This document shows, one piece after another, positions 52,605 to 64,000 of a stretch of DNA of 64,000 nucleotides; position 1 is the first letter of the stretch; each line of letters opens with the position of its first letter. The stretch is from Leptolyngbyaceae cyanobacterium. Its GTDB lineage: Bacteria > Cyanobacteriota > Cyanobacteriia > Phormidesmidales > Phormidesmidaceae. The DNA is taken from assembly GCA_050331235.1 (NCBI GenBank), contig JBHJHA010000036.1, positions 32,001 through 96,000 on the forward strand, in the 5' to 3' direction. The position numbers and the translations under genes are program-made. The notes under the pieces are model-generated. The model was not told where the DNA came from, did no database searches, and saw nothing but the letters and a program-made list of their open reading frames with translations.

Positions 52605-53204
52605 ATGTCACAGAACCCTGACCGTTCTCCTGACGATGTTATTACCCAAGCGTTACAGGGTTTCACCCAAACCGGGGCTCAGCGACCGGATGGCAAAGTC
52701 CTCACTGCAGCGCTGCTGGAGTTAGAACGGAGCGCGAAGCAGGCGCGACAAATGGTGACAGCAGATGAACTGTTAGGCCGATGGCGGCTTTGTTTTACTG
52801 CATCTAAAAAGGCTAAGTTCAAGGCAGGACAGCCTATCGGTAGCGGATTTTATATTCCTAAGTTGGCGATCGCTCAGCTCGCCTTTGCCCCCTATCCCGA
52901 ACGCGAAGGGCTGTTCCAGATTACCAATCAGCTCCATGTTGGGCCGCTCAAGCTGCAATTTACCGGCCCGGCCCGCCGTTGTGATGGCAAAAATCTATTG
53001 GCCTTTGACTTCACCCGCTTACTGGTTACCGGATTTGGTTTACCGATTTATCGAGGCGCTGTCGGCCAGCGGCGATCTGGGAATCAAGACTTTCAAGACA
53101 TGGCGATCGCCAAACTGCCCTTTTTTGCCTTTTTTGCCGCTACCGAGCAGTACATTGCTGCTCGCGGTCGAGGCGGCGGCCTTGCCCTTTGGCAGCGGGT
53201 GTAA
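52605..53204 (+). CDS. Conserved hypothetical protein (fibrillin/PAP-like beta-barrel)
   Basis: LLGRWRLCF, LAFDF, IAARGRGGGLALW. Confidence 0.7.
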   Translation: MSQNPDRSPDDVITQALQGFTQTGAQRPDGKVLTAALLELERSAKQARQMVTADELLGRWRLCFTASKKAKFKAGQPIGSGFYIPKLAIAQLAFAPYPEREGLFQITNQLHVGPLKLQFTGPARRCDGKNLLAFDFTRLLVTGFGLPIYRGAVGQRRSGNQDFQDMAIAKLPFFAFFAATEQYIAARGRGGGLALWQRV

Positions 53205-53222
53205 GGAGCCGCGAGCGGCGAA

Positions 53223-54077
53223 TTAGAGCAGGTTGAGCAGGCTCTCTACAGCTGGTGATGGATTGGCCCACACCAGCTCGTAGTTGAGCTCGAAACATGG
53301 TGATTGCTCCAGCACTGTTACTCCTGGATAGGTTAATCCTGGTACCACGGGGGCATTTCCTACCCCCACCCCTGCTGCCACCATCGCCAACGTATCCGAC
53401 AGCGTCGAAACATCGATCGCAATGCGCGGCTCGAAGCCGACCTCGGCGGCATAGCGTCGATAGGCATCGTAAATAATCGGCTGGCGATCGCGGGCTGGCA
53501 AAATCAGCGGATAGTGCGCTAGATCAGCTAGGCTCACTGAGGGTTTGGCTTCCAGAGGGTGTCCCCAGGGCACCAGTACTGACATGGGAACGGTGCCCAA
53601 ATAGTGCCGTTCGAGTCCCTCAGGAATCGAAATCTTCCACGCGATCGCCACATCGATGTCGTTGTTGGTAAGGGCCGATCCTAGCGATCGTTCATCAATT
53701 TGGCACAGGACGACGCGAGTCTCGGGGTGAGCCTGCTTAAATTTGGCGATAAGTTGGCCAAACAGGGGTTGGGCTGTACAGATATTGAGTCCTATCGTGA
53801 GGGCATCGATGCCATTAATGACGCCCGTTTGTGCAGCCCGCACAGCCATGTCGGCATAGGCAACAGCTTTTCGCGCCGAATTGAGAAAGCCCCGACCCGC
53901 ATTGGTCAGAGACACGTCGCGGGAAGTCCGGTTAAGCAGTTTGACCCCTAAGTCAGCTTCTAGGTCGCTGAGTAGTCGACTCATCGCTGGCTGTGATATG
54001 CCGCATTGATGGGCGGCTCGCCCAAAGTGCAATTCCTCTGCGAGAACGATGAAAGCGCTCAGGGTTTTGAGATTCAT
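53223..54077 (-). CDS. LysR-family transcriptional regulator
   Basis: LAEELHFGRAA...SQPAMSR...LE..LGVKLLNRTSR.V.LT.AG; divergent from the RND operon. Confidence 0.93.
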   Translation of the reverse strand: MNLKTLSAFIVLAEELHFGRAAHQCGISQPAMSRLLSDLEADLGVKLLNRTSRDVSLTNAGRGFLNSARKAVAYADMAVRAAQTGVINGIDALTIGLNICTAQPLFGQLIAKFKQAHPETRVVLCQIDERSLGSALTNNDIDVAIAWKISIPEGLERHYLGTVPMSVLVPWGHPLEAKPSVSLADLAHYPLILPARDRQPIIYDAYRRYAAEVGFEPRIAIDVSTLSDTLAMVAAGVGVGNAPVVPGLTYPGVTVLEQSPCFELNYELVWANPSPAVESLLNLL

Positions 54078-54366
54078 TAATGACAATTTGGTTATGGTTG
54101 AATGAGTATTTCATATTGGTTTTATTATTAATATCATGTTACTTATGGATAAGTCAGGTTTCGATGTGGTGCAGGCTTAGCTCTGGGCCGGCTACTTGAG
54201 GGCGAGTTTCATGCTGCTAAGGTTGTGGACCTGTCATTCCCACGGGATAACACCGCCCGTAAACGGTGTCTGTGGCTGTTCGCCAGGGATGATGAGGCCG
54301 TTGCTTGGGTGGCTTAGCCGATCCGGTGGGCTAGCTAGTGTTGATTTTCATGGTTGGAAAAGTGCT

Positions 54367-55716
54367 ATGGCTATCCTCTCCCAGTCAGAAGACTCCCCCA
54401 AAGCTGCCACAGTTGTTCAGTCAACCAGACACCGGAAGTCGATGAGTTCGCGGTGGCTGCTCAGCGTGGGCGTTCTTGGGGGGCTGCTGCTTGTAGGCGT
54501 GCCGCTGCTCTATGGCCGTTTGACCGCGACCAATGCCGCCGCTGAACCGACTGATCTGGCCCCGGCTTTGACAGTAGACACTTTAACCGTAGCGACCGTG
54601 GACAATTACGAAGTGGCGCGAGCCTACACCGGCGAGATTGCGGCGTTGCGCAGCAGTGAGCTGGGCTTTAGTCGCGGTGGGGAGCTAGTGCAGATTATGG
54701 TCGAAGAGGGCGATCGCGTAACCGCGGGACAGGCCCTCGCCCGATTGGACACCCAGAACTTGATGGCCCAGCGGCAGCAACTCGAAGCCCAAAAGCTCGA
54801 AGCTGAAGCCCGACTGCTAGAGCTACAGCGCGGGGCCCGACAGGAAGATATTGCCGCAGCACGGGCTGCCGTGCAGGATGTGGAAAATCAACTTCGACTC
54901 CAGGAGCGACAGCGATCGCGCCGCGAATATCTTTACGAGGAAGGGGCCATTTCTCGGGAGCAGCTAGACGAATTTGCCTTCGGTGCGGCAACCCTAGAAG
55001 CTCGATTAGACCAAGCCCAAAGCAACCTTGACGAGCTGCTCAATGGCACTCGACCAGAGCAGGTGACCGCGCAGCAAGCTGTGGTGCAACAGCTCGCTGC
55101 CAGCATTGCAGACCTGGATGTCAGTTTGGACAAAAGTACGCTCAAAGCTCCATTTGGCGGCGTGGTGGCGGCCCAAGTACTGGATGAAGGGGCTGTGGTC
55201 GGGGCGGGGCAAACGGTGGTTCGCCTGATTGAAAATGGGGCCCCCGAAGCTCGTATCGGTTTGCCAGAGGCAGCCGCCAGTCGATTACCCGTGGGCACGC
55301 CCGTCACGGTGACGCTGAGCCGCGATCGCTACGACGCTACGGTGAAATCGGTTCTACCAGAGATTGATCCCAACACCCGTACGCAGATGATTGTCTTTCA
55401 GCTAGAGCCAGCGGCTCTAGCTACGGTCAATCCAGGGCAGACAGTGCGGGTAGAGCTGACGGAAACCATTGACCAGCCAGGAATTTGGTTGCCCATAGCG
55501 GCCATGACCCAAGATCTGCGAGGCCTCTGGAGTGTGTACACCTTGCTCCCGGCGGAGGCGTCTGACGGGTATGAAGTCCAGCCCCAAGCGGTGGAGATTT
55601 TGCATCAGGAAAGTGATCGCGCCTTGGTCCGCGGTACCCTCCAAACGGGCGATCGGATTGTGGTAAACGGCGTGCACCGCCTCGTCCCCGGTCAGCAGGT
55701 GCAACCGTTCAACTGA
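54367..55716 (+). CDS. RND efflux periplasmic adaptor subunit
   Basis: N-terminal TM, VEEGDRVTAGQALARLD, coiled coil, LKAPFGGVV. Confidence 0.9.
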   Translation: MAILSQSEDSPKAATVVQSTRHRKSMSSRWLLSVGVLGGLLLVGVPLLYGRLTATNAAAEPTDLAPALTVDTLTVATVDNYEVARAYTGEIAALRSSELGFSRGGELVQIMVEEGDRVTAGQALARLDTQNLMAQRQQLEAQKLEAEARLLELQRGARQEDIAAARAAVQDVENQLRLQERQRSRREYLYEEGAISREQLDEFAFGAATLEARLDQAQSNLDELLNGTRPEQVTAQQAVVQQLAASIADLDVSLDKSTLKAPFGGVVAAQVLDEGAVVGAGQTVVRLIENGAPEARIGLPEAAASRLPVGTPVTVTLSRDRYDATVKSVLPEIDPNTRTQMIVFQLEPAALATVNPGQTVRVELTETIDQPGIWLPIAAMTQDLRGLWSVYTLLPAEASDGYEVQPQAVEILHQESDRALVRGTLQTGDRIVVNGVHRLVPGQQVQPFN

Positions 55717-55763
55717 TGTGCTGTTTGTTCGGATTTTTCTGAGTTTTTTACTTCCTTCTCACC

Positions 55764-58700
55764 ATGGTTCGCCCCTTTTTTACGAATCTCCGTCTGCTGG
55801 TCTTGACCATCATTTTGATTTTGGGGTGGGGCCTCTCCTCCTATCAGTCACTGCCGCGCCAGGAAGATCCCCAACTGGTTTCCCGAGTGGCTGTGATTAC
55901 CACTGCATTTCCGGGAGCCAATGCTGAACGGGTAGAGGCACTCGTAACCACTGTTTTGGAAGAGGAGCTAGCGGAGATTGAGGAAATACACGTCATTGCG
56001 TCTGATTCCCGAGTGGGGTTCTCCTCCGTCACCGTAGAGCTGGATGAATCGATTGATCAGGTGCAGCCGGTTTGGTCCAAGGTGCGGGATGAAATGGACG
56101 ATGCGGCCCGATTGTTTCCCGCTGGCGCGGCCGAATCCGAGATTTCTGAAGTATTGGTGAAAGCCTATACCTATGTGGCGTCGGTGACATGGCGTTTACC
56201 CGGTGAGCCTAACTATGCCATCCTGCGCCGTTATGCAGACGAGCTCGGCGTTGTGCTGCGCGGCGTTGAGGGCACTGAGGAGGTCGACTTTTTCGGTAAC
56301 CCCGATGAAGAAATCTTGGTGGAAATCAGCGCCCCTGACCTGGTAGGAGTGGGACTCTCGCCCCAAGGACTTGCCGACCAGGTGCAACTCAGCGATGTCA
56401 AGGACAGTGCCGGTCAGGTGCGGACCCCTGATGAGACGTTCGCGATTGAGGTAGACAGCGAGCTAGCCGCCTTGGAACAGATTCGTCAGCTTCCCGTACA
56501 GACAGACAACGGCCAGTTTACCCGACTGGGGGATATCGCTCAGGTCACCCGCGGGGTGAGGGAACCGCTGAGTAGTGTAGCGATGATCGATGGCCAACCG
56601 GCGGTGGTGGTGGGGGTGATGATGCAGTCGGGTTTGCGCATTGACCAGTGGGCGGCCACTGCTCGCGCGGCGGTGGCAGATTTTCGCGAAGGTTTACCAG
56701 CTGGGGTCACCCTGGACATTATTTTTGACCAGAGTCGTTACGTTGAAAATCGCATCAGTTCACTGATGGTGAATTTGGTACTGAGCGCGTTACTTGTCTT
56801 TAGCGTGACCCTCGTCGCGATGGGCTGGCGGGCAGCCTTGGTGGTGGGGACGGCGTTACCCTTTACCATTTTTGCGGTCTTTGGCTGGATGACGGTTTTT
56901 GGCATTCCGATTCATCAGATGTCGGTCACAGGACTGATCATTGCCTTGGGATTGCTGATTGACAATGCGATCGTGGTGGTCGATGAAATTCGCGCTGAAC
57001 TCGACCACGGTATTGAACCGCTACGGGCCGCAACTAAGGCGGTGCGCTATCTGCGAGTACCACTCCTAGCCTCTACTGCAACAACGGTGCTCACTTTTTT
57101 GCCGATTTACTTGCTGCCGGGGTCGGCGGGGGAGTTTGTGGGCTCGATCGCGCTGGGCGTAATTTTGGCACTGCTCTCTTCCCTGGCGATTTCCTTAACG
57201 ATGATTGCTGCCTTGGCCGCGCGGGCCTTGTCGCCGTCTGCAACCGATCCCCAGAGTAGAACAGGTCTGTGGGGACGACTGGCTCGATTTTTGCATCGGC
57301 CAGGTACTTGGTGGAGCGAAGGCCTATCGCTGCCGCGATTGACCCGCCTATATCAGTGGTCACTGCGGCGAGCCACAACTCGTCCTCTACTGGCGATCGC
57401 CTTCACACTAGCCATTTCCCTCGTGGGGTTCATCTCTGCTAGCACCTTGGAAAATCAGTTTTTTCCCCTGCTTAATCGTGACCAGTTTCACATTGAAATG
57501 GAGTTTGCTGCCCAAACTTCCATTGAGGAAACCCGGCAGCAAGTATTGAGAGCCCGGGAGGTGATTTTGCAGCATGAGAACGTCGAAGCGGTGTATTGGT
57601 TTGTGGGGGAAAGCGCCCCCCGGTTTTATTACAACCTCCAGGGCGATCGCCGCAATCAGCCTTACTACGCCCAGGCGATGGTGCAGCTCAAATCTGAGAC
57701 TGGCCTGGAACCGTTAGTCCGTACCGTGCAGCAAGAGCTGGCGCAGCAGTTTCCAGCGGCTCGCGTCATGGCCCAAAAGTTTCAGCAGGGGCCACCTTTT
57801 GATGCGCCGGTAGAGATGCGCATTTATGGCCCTAACCTGGATGAACTGCGTCGCCTGGGCATAGAGGTGCGTGCCATCATGGCCGAAGTTCCCGATGTCA
57901 TCGGTGTCCGGGATGACTTGACCGAAGGGCAGCCCCAGCTCGCCTTGACCCTAGACGAAGAACAAGTCCGACAAGCCGGACTGACGAACACCGATGTGGC
58001 TCAGCAACTCCAGGCTTATTCCGAAGGGGTGACCGGCGGGGCCATTTTAGAGTCTACAGAAAATTTACCGGTCCGAATCCGGCTGTCCAAGGCTGATCGC
58101 GCTAGTTTACAAGCGCTGATGTCCCTCGATTTGCGCCCTGAGCAAGCTCAAGATCGCGACTTTCGACCGGTCTCTGCACTGGGTGAGTTTGCCCTCCAGC
58201 CTCAGCTTGCAGGCATTGCTCGGCGCCATGAACAGCGGGTTAACACAGTTCAGGCTTTTATTACGGCAGGGGTGTTGCCTAATACGGTGCTGACAGCTTT
58301 ACGAGAACGGTTGGCCGCCGAAAATTTTGAACTCCCGCCGGGATATCGCTATGAGTTTGGCGGTGAATACGAGGACCAAAATACGGCAGTGGGTAACCTG
58401 CTGCTGTTTGTCCCCCTCTTGGTATTGGGGATGGTGACGGCATTGGTGCTATCGCTGGGGTCGTTTCGGCAGGCGGGTATTATTGCGGTGGTGGCCACCG
58501 GGTCTATTGGCATGGCGATGTTGTCGCTGAAGATCTTTGACTCACTCCTGGGCTTTACGGCCATTATTGGCTCGATGGGGTTAGTCGGGGTCGCCATCAA
58601 TGACTCCATCGTAGTGTTGACGGCTTTAAATGATGATCCGGAGGCTAGCCAAGGCATGGCCAAAGGGGTACAGCGGGTAACGCTGCAGGCAACTCGTCAC

Positions 58701-58937
58701 GTATTGACCACTACGGTGACAACGATGGTGGGGTTTGCGCCGCTGCTACTCGATGGTGATCCGTTTTGGCGGCCGTTGGCACTGTCCATTTCTGGAGGCA
58801 TCGCCGGCGCGACCCTGTTGGCACTATATTTCGTGCCTGCCGCCTATATGCTGGTGAAGCGAGGCCCCTCTCAGCCGCAATCGCACCCTCCCGCTAAGAC
58901 CGTTGACCAACGAGTCCCAGACCCCGTCCATCACTAA
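55764..58937 (+). CDS. RND efflux permease (AcrB/AcrD/AcrF family)
   Basis: LPRQEDP, FPGANAERVE, GLLIDNAIVVVD, GVAINDSIV. Confidence 0.93.
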   Translation: MVRPFFTNLRLLVLTIILILGWGLSSYQSLPRQEDPQLVSRVAVITTAFPGANAERVEALVTTVLEEELAEIEEIHVIASDSRVGFSSVTVELDESIDQVQPVWSKVRDEMDDAARLFPAGAAESEISEVLVKAYTYVASVTWRLPGEPNYAILRRYADELGVVLRGVEGTEEVDFFGNPDEEILVEISAPDLVGVGLSPQGLADQVQLSDVKDSAGQVRTPDETFAIEVDSELAALEQIRQLPVQTDNGQFTRLGDIAQVTRGVREPLSSVAMIDGQPAVVVGVMMQSGLRIDQWAATARAAVADFREGLPAGVTLDIIFDQSRYVENRISSLMVNLVLSALLVFSVTLVAMGWRAALVVGTALPFTIFAVFGWMTVFGIPIHQMSVTGLIIALGLLIDNAIVVVDEIRAELDHGIEPLRAATKAVRYLRVPLLASTATTVLTFLPIYLLPGSAGEFVGSIALGVILALLSSLAISLTMIAALAARALSPSATDPQSRTGLWGRLARFLHRPGTWWSEGLSLPRLTRLYQWSLRRATTRPLLAIAFTLAISLVGFISASTLENQFFPLLNRDQFHIEMEFAAQTSIEETRQQVLRAREVILQHENVEAVYWFVGESAPRFYYNLQGDRRNQPYYAQAMVQLKSETGLEPLVRTVQQELAQQFPAARVMAQKFQQGPPFDAPVEMRIYGPNLDELRRLGIEVRAIMAEVPDVIGVRDDLTEGQPQLALTLDEEQVRQAGLTNTDVAQQLQAYSEGVTGGAILESTENLPVRIRLSKADRASLQALMSLDLRPEQAQDRDFRPVSALGEFALQPQLAGIARRHEQRVNTVQAFITAGVLPNTVLTALRERLAAENFELPPGYRYEFGGEYEDQNTAVGNLLLFVPLLVLGMVTALVLSLGSFRQAGIIAVVATGSIGMAMLSLKIFDSLLGFTAIIGSMGLVGVAINDSIVVLTALNDDPEASQGMAKGVQRVTLQATRHVLTTTVTTMVGFAPLLLDGDPFWRPLALSISGGIAGATLLALYFVPAAYMLVKRGPSQPQSHPPAKTVDQRVPDPVHH

Positions 58938-59050
58938 TGTGCGATCGCGTTAGTAACTGTGAATATTTCCCAGTCCAAGCTAGAGAATCAATTTCAGCTA
59001 GTTGTCGCTCGTGGCCCGCGACTCTATTTACGCTGTAAAGCATTGGCAAC

Positions 59051-59509
59051 ATGATCATTCGCACAGCTCAGCCGGTGGATATTGAAACGCTGTTCGACAT
59101 TCGGACAAGCGTGCGCGAAAATTACCAATCTCGTGAGGAGATTGCCGCGTTGGGCATTACGCAGCAGTCGATTGCCGACATGCTGGCGATTGACTGCTGT
59201 GCTTGGATTGCTGATATCAACAATTGTTCAGTAGGGTTTGCCATCGCTAATAGGAGTGATGCCGCAGTTTTTGGCCTCTTTGTACGACCCGAATATGAGG
59301 GGAGAGGCATCGGACGGGTACTGCTACACATAGCTGAGGACTGGTTATTTGCCCGGGGACACACAGAAATTTGGCTCGTGACGGGCAATGAACCTATGCT
59401 GCGAGCATATGGCTTTTATCTTCATATGGGTTGGCAACCCGCCGGAGTCGTTGCTGCGGGCGACTATGCGGGCGAAATGAAGTTCATCAAGCAGCGACCC
59501 CAGACCTGA
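59051..59509 (+). CDS. GNAT N-acetyltransferase
   Basis: LFVRPEYEGRGIGRVLL, RAYGFY...GW. Confidence 0.88.
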   Translation: MIIRTAQPVDIETLFDIRTSVRENYQSREEIAALGITQQSIADMLAIDCCAWIADINNCSVGFAIANRSDAAVFGLFVRPEYEGRGIGRVLLHIAEDWLFARGHTEIWLVTGNEPMLRAYGFYLHMGWQPAGVVAAGDYAGEMKFIKQRPQT

Positions 59510-59706
59510 TCAACGGTTGGCGCCAGGGCAGTCATAAACACCGGAACCGTCGGTAAAATGGGATGCAAGGAAATTCGCAGTACCGCCAACTCGGACATTG
59601 CGATGTCCGGAGATCATCGCGAGATCCAAAATTGTAACCGGTAGAAGCAACTGAGCTTTTTCCACTACGATGCCTCTGGAATTCACCCTTTTTTGAGTGC
59701 TAAATC

Positions 59707-60408
59707 ATGATGCGAAAAAATCAATTGCAAAGTTTGCGTCTGCTGGCTGTGGGAGTCGTGATCGCGCTGCTTGCTGGGGTCTCCCTACTGGGCCATCGTC
59801 TGCCCGCCCAAGCGGCTAGCCCAGCGCCTCCCACCGGCAATGAAGTCTGTGCGATCGTCCTGACCATGCCCGATGCCAGCAACACCGATGAGCTTCTGGC
59901 TTCTCTCGACACTAGCCGTTCACAGGTGACGAGCGATCTCATCGCGATGAAGCGCAATATGGAGCAGTATGATGCGGAAGGAGTAGGTTGGCAAAATGCG
60001 ATCGATGGCTCCAGTGCCCTGGAACCGCGACCAGGCGCTTGGTTGATCGGCGCATTGCGGATGGCCTGTGAAGCTCCAACCGCTGCCACGGTGACCGGTA
60101 CCGTGACCTATAACCAGCGTATCGCGCTGCCCCCTAATGCGACCTTGGTTGTCACCTTAGAGGATGTCAGCCGAGCCGACGCGCCCTCTCAAGTAATTGC
60201 GGGGAAAACCATCCAAACGGCGGGTCAGCAAGTGCCTATTCCCTTTTCCCTCACCTATGACCCTGCTGAGATCGTTGCCCGAAATCGCTATGTGGTGAGG
60301 GCTCAGGTCTTTTACGATGGGGGGCTCCAGTGGACTAGCACAACGGCTTATCCTGTAATTACCCAGGGCAACGTCACTGAAGTGGAAATCCAAATCGAGC
60401 CAATCTAA
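59707..60408 (+). CDS. Exported protein with C-terminal YbaY-type domain
   Basis: Signal peptide; VTGTVTYNQRIALPP.A.L.V.LEDVSRADAP, QVPIPF.L.YDP. Confidence 0.8.
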   Translation: MMRKNQLQSLRLLAVGVVIALLAGVSLLGHRLPAQAASPAPPTGNEVCAIVLTMPDASNTDELLASLDTSRSQVTSDLIAMKRNMEQYDAEGVGWQNAIDGSSALEPRPGAWLIGALRMACEAPTAATVTGTVTYNQRIALPPNATLVVTLEDVSRADAPSQVIAGKTIQTAGQQVPIPFSLTYDPAEIVARNRYVVRAQVFYDGGLQWTSTTAYPVITQGNVTEVEIQIEPI

Positions 60409-60414
60409 CGGCAA

Positions 60415-60449
60415 AAGCCCCCTGCTTCATCACTTGAAGCAGGGGGCTT
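60415..60449. terminator. Strong 15-bp hairpin (probable terminator)
   Basis: AAGCCCCCTGCTTCA-TCACT-TGAAGCAGGGGGCTT, just after the ybaY-like stop. Confidence 0.7.
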
Positions 60450-60967
60450 CGTTCATGACATCTCTGACTGGTCATGCTCAAGCGATCGCGGGCTTACTGA
60501 TGTTGATTTGACAGCACAATCCCCGGTTGACTCACGTGTACAGAGCGAACAAGCACGAGCCACACTTGGCAATGGTCTGCTAAAAGCGCATGGGTCCAAA
60601 GCCTCTGCTACTGAGGAGTCTATAATCGTCAATGGTCTTGAACAAGGCCCCATTTTTATCACGGTTTTGGTCTTTTCACCAAGCACCCAGTGGCCCTCAC
60701 ATCCATGCCTGCTGGGTGCTTGGCCCGCTGGCGTAGCTGCCCACTGCGCTAGAGCTACGCCAGCGGGCCATCCGGGGGGCGGCGTGCTCGTTGCAGCGTT
60801 GGCCACACGACTGGCCTCGATATCGCTGGATAGAAGCGCCCTCTTTCAGCGTGTCAAAGCCTTGCTTGACGACTTGCTCACTCTGGCAACTAGGGCATTG
60901 TATGGAGCTGAGCAGGAGGCCGCTCCTCTACTGTAGCTAGATCCTGATGACGCACCAGTGCCAGGCG

Positions 60968-62263
60968 CTAGCTAAACTTGCTATTTGGCAATGGCTCTAG
61001 GTCAAACAAGGTATGGAGGGCAGTCATGGCCTGCTGGCGCGCTTCAATATCGCGCTGGGCTCGGAGCTGCACCATGGGATCGTGCAATATTTTGTTCACA
61101 ATGCCCCGTGTCAGCGCCTCGATCACTTCTCGCTGCTTTTTGTTGCCAAACTCTTCACCCAGGCGCGAGAGGGCTTTTTCGAGCTCCTGCTCACGAATGG
61201 ACTCGACCTTGCTCCGCAGGCTGCTGATGGTGAACACAGTGTCGAGCGATCGCCACCAGTCCATAAAAGCGTCCAGTTCTTCTTCTAATAGTCGCTCTGC
61301 CTCCATCGCCATTTGGCGGCGGCTCTCCTGGTTTTGTGCCACCACCGCTTTGAGGTCATCCACATTAAACGCATGCACGTTAGGCAAATCGTTCACGTCA
61401 GTATGTACGTTGCGCGGCACAGAAATATCGAACAGCATCAGCGTACGTGTCGGCAACAGTACATCCGTCAACCCAGCCTTGTCCAAAATGGGCTCGGTTG
61501 ATGATGTGCAGGTAAAGACCACATCAGAGTTGCAGACGGTCTCCATCATCAGGTCGAGGGTCCCCGTTTGGATACCAGCACCGTTGAACTGGGCTGCCAG
61601 CTGATCTGCCCGCTCAATCGTGCGATTCAAGATGGTGATCTGGCAGGAATCCTTAGACAGCAAATGCTGTACCAGCAGCCGGGCCATTTTGCCCGCACCC
61701 AAAATGCTGATACGGCAGGTTTCGAGGTCCGGCTTTTTCAATTTTGCTAGTTCGGCGGCGGCGGAACTAATCGAAACGGCCCCGGTGCCAATGCTGGTTT
61801 CGGTACGGACGCGCTTGCCCACCGTAATCGCCTGCTTGAGCAAGCGGTTAAGAATGCGACTAACGCCTTGGTGCTGCTGACCGAGTTTATGGGCGTGCTT
61901 GACCTGGGCCAAGATTTGACCTTCACCCAGTACCAGGCTGTCGAGCCCAGCCGCCACCCGAAACAGATGCATCACCGCGTCTTGGTGCAGCAGAATGAAC
62001 AGATGCTGTCGTAGCTCTGGCAGCGCTACCTTGCTGTAATCGGCCAAAAACTGGATGACCTCTAGCACCCCTTGGTCAGCTTGGTCGCTGGCAATGTGGA
62101 TCTCCAGGCGGTTGCACGTGCTGAGAATCGAGACCTCTTCGATGTGAGGATAGCTGAGGAGTTGAGCGATCGCCTCGCCAGTTTGAGGGGTCGGGATGCT
62201 GAGCTTTTCCCGAACGTCAACAGGGGCGGTTTTATGACTCAAGCCCACAACAGCAATATTCAT
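60968..62263 (-). CDS. hemA: Glutamyl-tRNA reductase
   Basis: [43 protein letters not shown]. Confidence 0.96.
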   Translation of the reverse strand: MNIAVVGLSHKTAPVDVREKLSIPTPQTGEAIAQLLSYPHIEEVSILSTCNRLEIHIASDQADQGVLEVIQFLADYSKVALPELRQHLFILLHQDAVMHLFRVAAGLDSLVLGEGQILAQVKHAHKLGQQHQGVSRILNRLLKQAITVGKRVRTETSIGTGAVSISSAAAELAKLKKPDLETCRISILGAGKMARLLVQHLLSKDSCQITILNRTIERADQLAAQFNGAGIQTGTLDLMMETVCNSDVVFTCTSSTEPILDKAGLTDVLLPTRTLMLFDISVPRNVHTDVNDLPNVHAFNVDDLKAVVAQNQESRRQMAMEAERLLEEELDAFMDWWRSLDTVFTISSLRSKVESIREQELEKALSRLGEEFGNKKQREVIEALTRGIVNKILHDPMVQLRAQRDIEARQQAMTALHTLFDLEPLPNSKFS

Positions 62264-62596
62264 GCGTCCTCCCAAACGAAATAGTTTTATTATCTGCGGA
62301 TTTTTAAAGCGTCGCCTTATCACCAAAATCAAGGCGTATAGCAGGCCGCTTGTTTATAAGCTTTTCTGAAAGTAAAGAAAAAAGGGGATCACCCTCAAGG
62401 AATCTCAATAAAAATCTAACAAAATCAAGCTTCCGATAATGAACGATGCGCTGCCTGCTAGCCAAAACAAAGCGAGTCAGAGAAGTCCATAGACCTCTCT
62501 GACTCCAGCACAAAAATGGCTGCTTTTGAGCTGTTAAAGATTGAGTAAGACCCGTCAGGTCCCATTACAGCGTCGACGAAATCACACCCGTTGACC

Positions 62597-63637
62597 CTAC
62601 CTGAGTTGGATAGTAGTGGGCTTTGGAGGCATGTGGATCGTATCGACAAACCGTGCTGTTTGAGACTGGCTAGAAATCACTAGGCTCTGGGTCCGAGCGC
62701 CCCCGTGAAAGAAACGAACGCCTTCCATGAGGGTGCCGGAGGTGATGCCGCAAGCTGCGAATAAAACGGTTTCGCCAGAGGCCAATTCGTGAGCATCATA
62801 GACTTTGTCGGGGTCTTCGATGCCCATTTCCTTGAGGCGTGCCACGTTAGACTCTTTACTTTCGCCGATAAGGCCAGTCTTCACCACCGCCGGATCGTAG
62901 ATTAGCTGACCCTGGAAGTGACCGCCCAAGCAGCGCATGGCCGCGGCCGAAATGACTCCCTCAGGGGCTGCACCGATGCCCATCAGCGCATGGGTATTGG
63001 TGCCAGCAAAACCACAGGAAATGGCGGCCGAGACATCACCGTCGCTAATCAAGCGAACCCGAGCGCCAGCCTCACGAATCTCTTTGATCAAGTCGTTGTG
63101 GCGATCGCGCTTCATGACGACGACGACGAGCTCATCGATGGCGCGATCTAAGCACTCAGACAAGATTTTAAGGTTCTCTGTGGGAGACTTTGTGATATCA
63201 ACTTTCCCCTTAGCCGCCGCCGGTGCTGCTAACTTGTTCATGTAAAAATCAGGAGCATGGAACAGACCCCCCTTTTCTGAGATCGCTAGCACGGCCATCG
63301 AGCCTGGCTGCCCGTAGGCACAGAGGTTGGTCCCTTCACACGGATCGACAGCAATGTCAATTTCGATCAGCTCGTCGGGGTTGCAATACTTGGCCGCATC
63401 TTCCTGCGTACAGATTCCCACTTCCTCGCCGATGTAAAGCATGGGCGCATCGTCACGCTCACCTTCACCAATGACAATGCGACCACGCATGTGAATCTCG
63501 TTCATGCGCTCCCGCATTGCTTCCACCGCTACCTGGTCAGCAGTATCTTTCTCGCCTTTGCCCATCCAGCGAGCAGATGCAATGGCTGCTTTTTCGACAA
63601 CTTCAATAATCTCTAAACCTAGTGTTGTTTCTAACAC
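62597..63637 (-). CDS. glpX: Class II fructose-1,6/sedoheptulose-1,7-bisphosphatase
   Basis: [35 protein letters not shown]. Confidence 0.96.
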   Translation of the reverse strand: MLETTLGLEIIEVVEKAAIASARWMGKGEKDTADQVAVEAMRERMNEIHMRGRIVIGEGERDDAPMLYIGEEVGICTQEDAAKYCNPDELIEIDIAVDPCEGTNLCAYGQPGSMAVLAISEKGGLFHAPDFYMNKLAAPAAAKGKVDITKSPTENLKILSECLDRAIDELVVVVMKRDRHNDLIKEIREAGARVRLISDGDVSAAISCGFAGTNTHALMGIGAAPEGVISAAAMRCLGGHFQGQLIYDPAVVKTGLIGESKESNVARLKEMGIEDPDKVYDAHELASGETVLFAACGITSGTLMEGVRFFHGGARTQSLVISSQSQTARFVDTIHMPPKPTTIQLR

Positions 63638-63856
63638 GGTTTGTAACCTCCAAAACTGCTGATATTACGTGGGTCTGACCAGATCGATCTCAGTTCCTCA
63701 GTAGTCTATCAGAGGAGGGGATCTGGGGATAGTAGGCGACTCCGCGACGTCAAACAGTGCGCGTAGAACAATTCACTAAGGTTACGAAGAACAAGCAAAC
63801 CACATTCATTAGAAGCGTTGTCGAAGTAACGGGAACGGGCAGCGCGATCGCCTCTG

Positions 63857-64000
63857 CTACCAGCCCCAAGGATTTTCGGGCGGATCCTGAAACGTCAAGG
63901 GGCAGGGACCCTGTGCCTCGGCTTCAGCGAGTAGGGCGACCATGTGGGGCACGGGGCGTGGTGTATAGTCCACCAGCGACTCACCGTCGTAGGCCAATGA
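63857..64000 (-). CDS. C-terminus of an unidentified protein truncated by the window edge
   Basis: Open frame ...YDGESLVDYTPRPVPHMVALLAEAEAQGPCPLTFQDPPENPWGW*. Confidence 0.5.
   Translation of the reverse strand, partial: SLAYDGESLVDYTPRPVPHMVALLAEAEAQGPCPLTFQDPPENPWGW

Noticed and set aside
60453..60936. ORFs between the ybaY-like gene and hemA
   Set aside because: No RBS, motif or protein-like composition; probably intergenic or decayed sequence.

Overview
Cyanobacterial chromosome segment (frequent HIP1 GCGATCGC; apcE-apcABC, petM, hemA, glpX; probably a filamentous Leptolyngbya/Nodosilinea-type organism, by inference). From left to right: (1) 2.6-15.2 kb, an ABC-exported surface-glycan locus with a flavoenzyme, 4 glycosyltransferases, Wzm/Wzt, a GMC oxidoreductase and HTTM/DCC1 membrane proteins; (2) an NDH-2 gene, two DoxX genes and mmsA; (3) 20.4-32.9 kb, the most unusual part, a divergent heme-protein island; (4) 33-64 kb, mostly housekeeping genes (ggt, SphR-like regulator, apc operon, ftsW, ccdA-ccsB, msrA, integrase, petM, ycf39, LysR-RND efflux, hemA, glpX). 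The island carries its own System II cytochrome c maturation genes and a Tat Rieske protein on one side. On the other side are a membrane-anchored tandem di-globin, a 5-heme and a 6-heme cytochrome c, a DUF3365 heme lipoprotein, a 4-His membrane protein, a second globin gene, a thioredoxin and ChaN. Both divergent promoters show the same geometry: an NtcA-like box with a LysR/NtcB-like palindrome 52.5 bp upstream, which points to nitrite/NO-related metabolism. The di-globin gene appears to have a 1-bp frameshift near its 5' end. All calls are from reading the sequence and recognising motifs; no searches were run.
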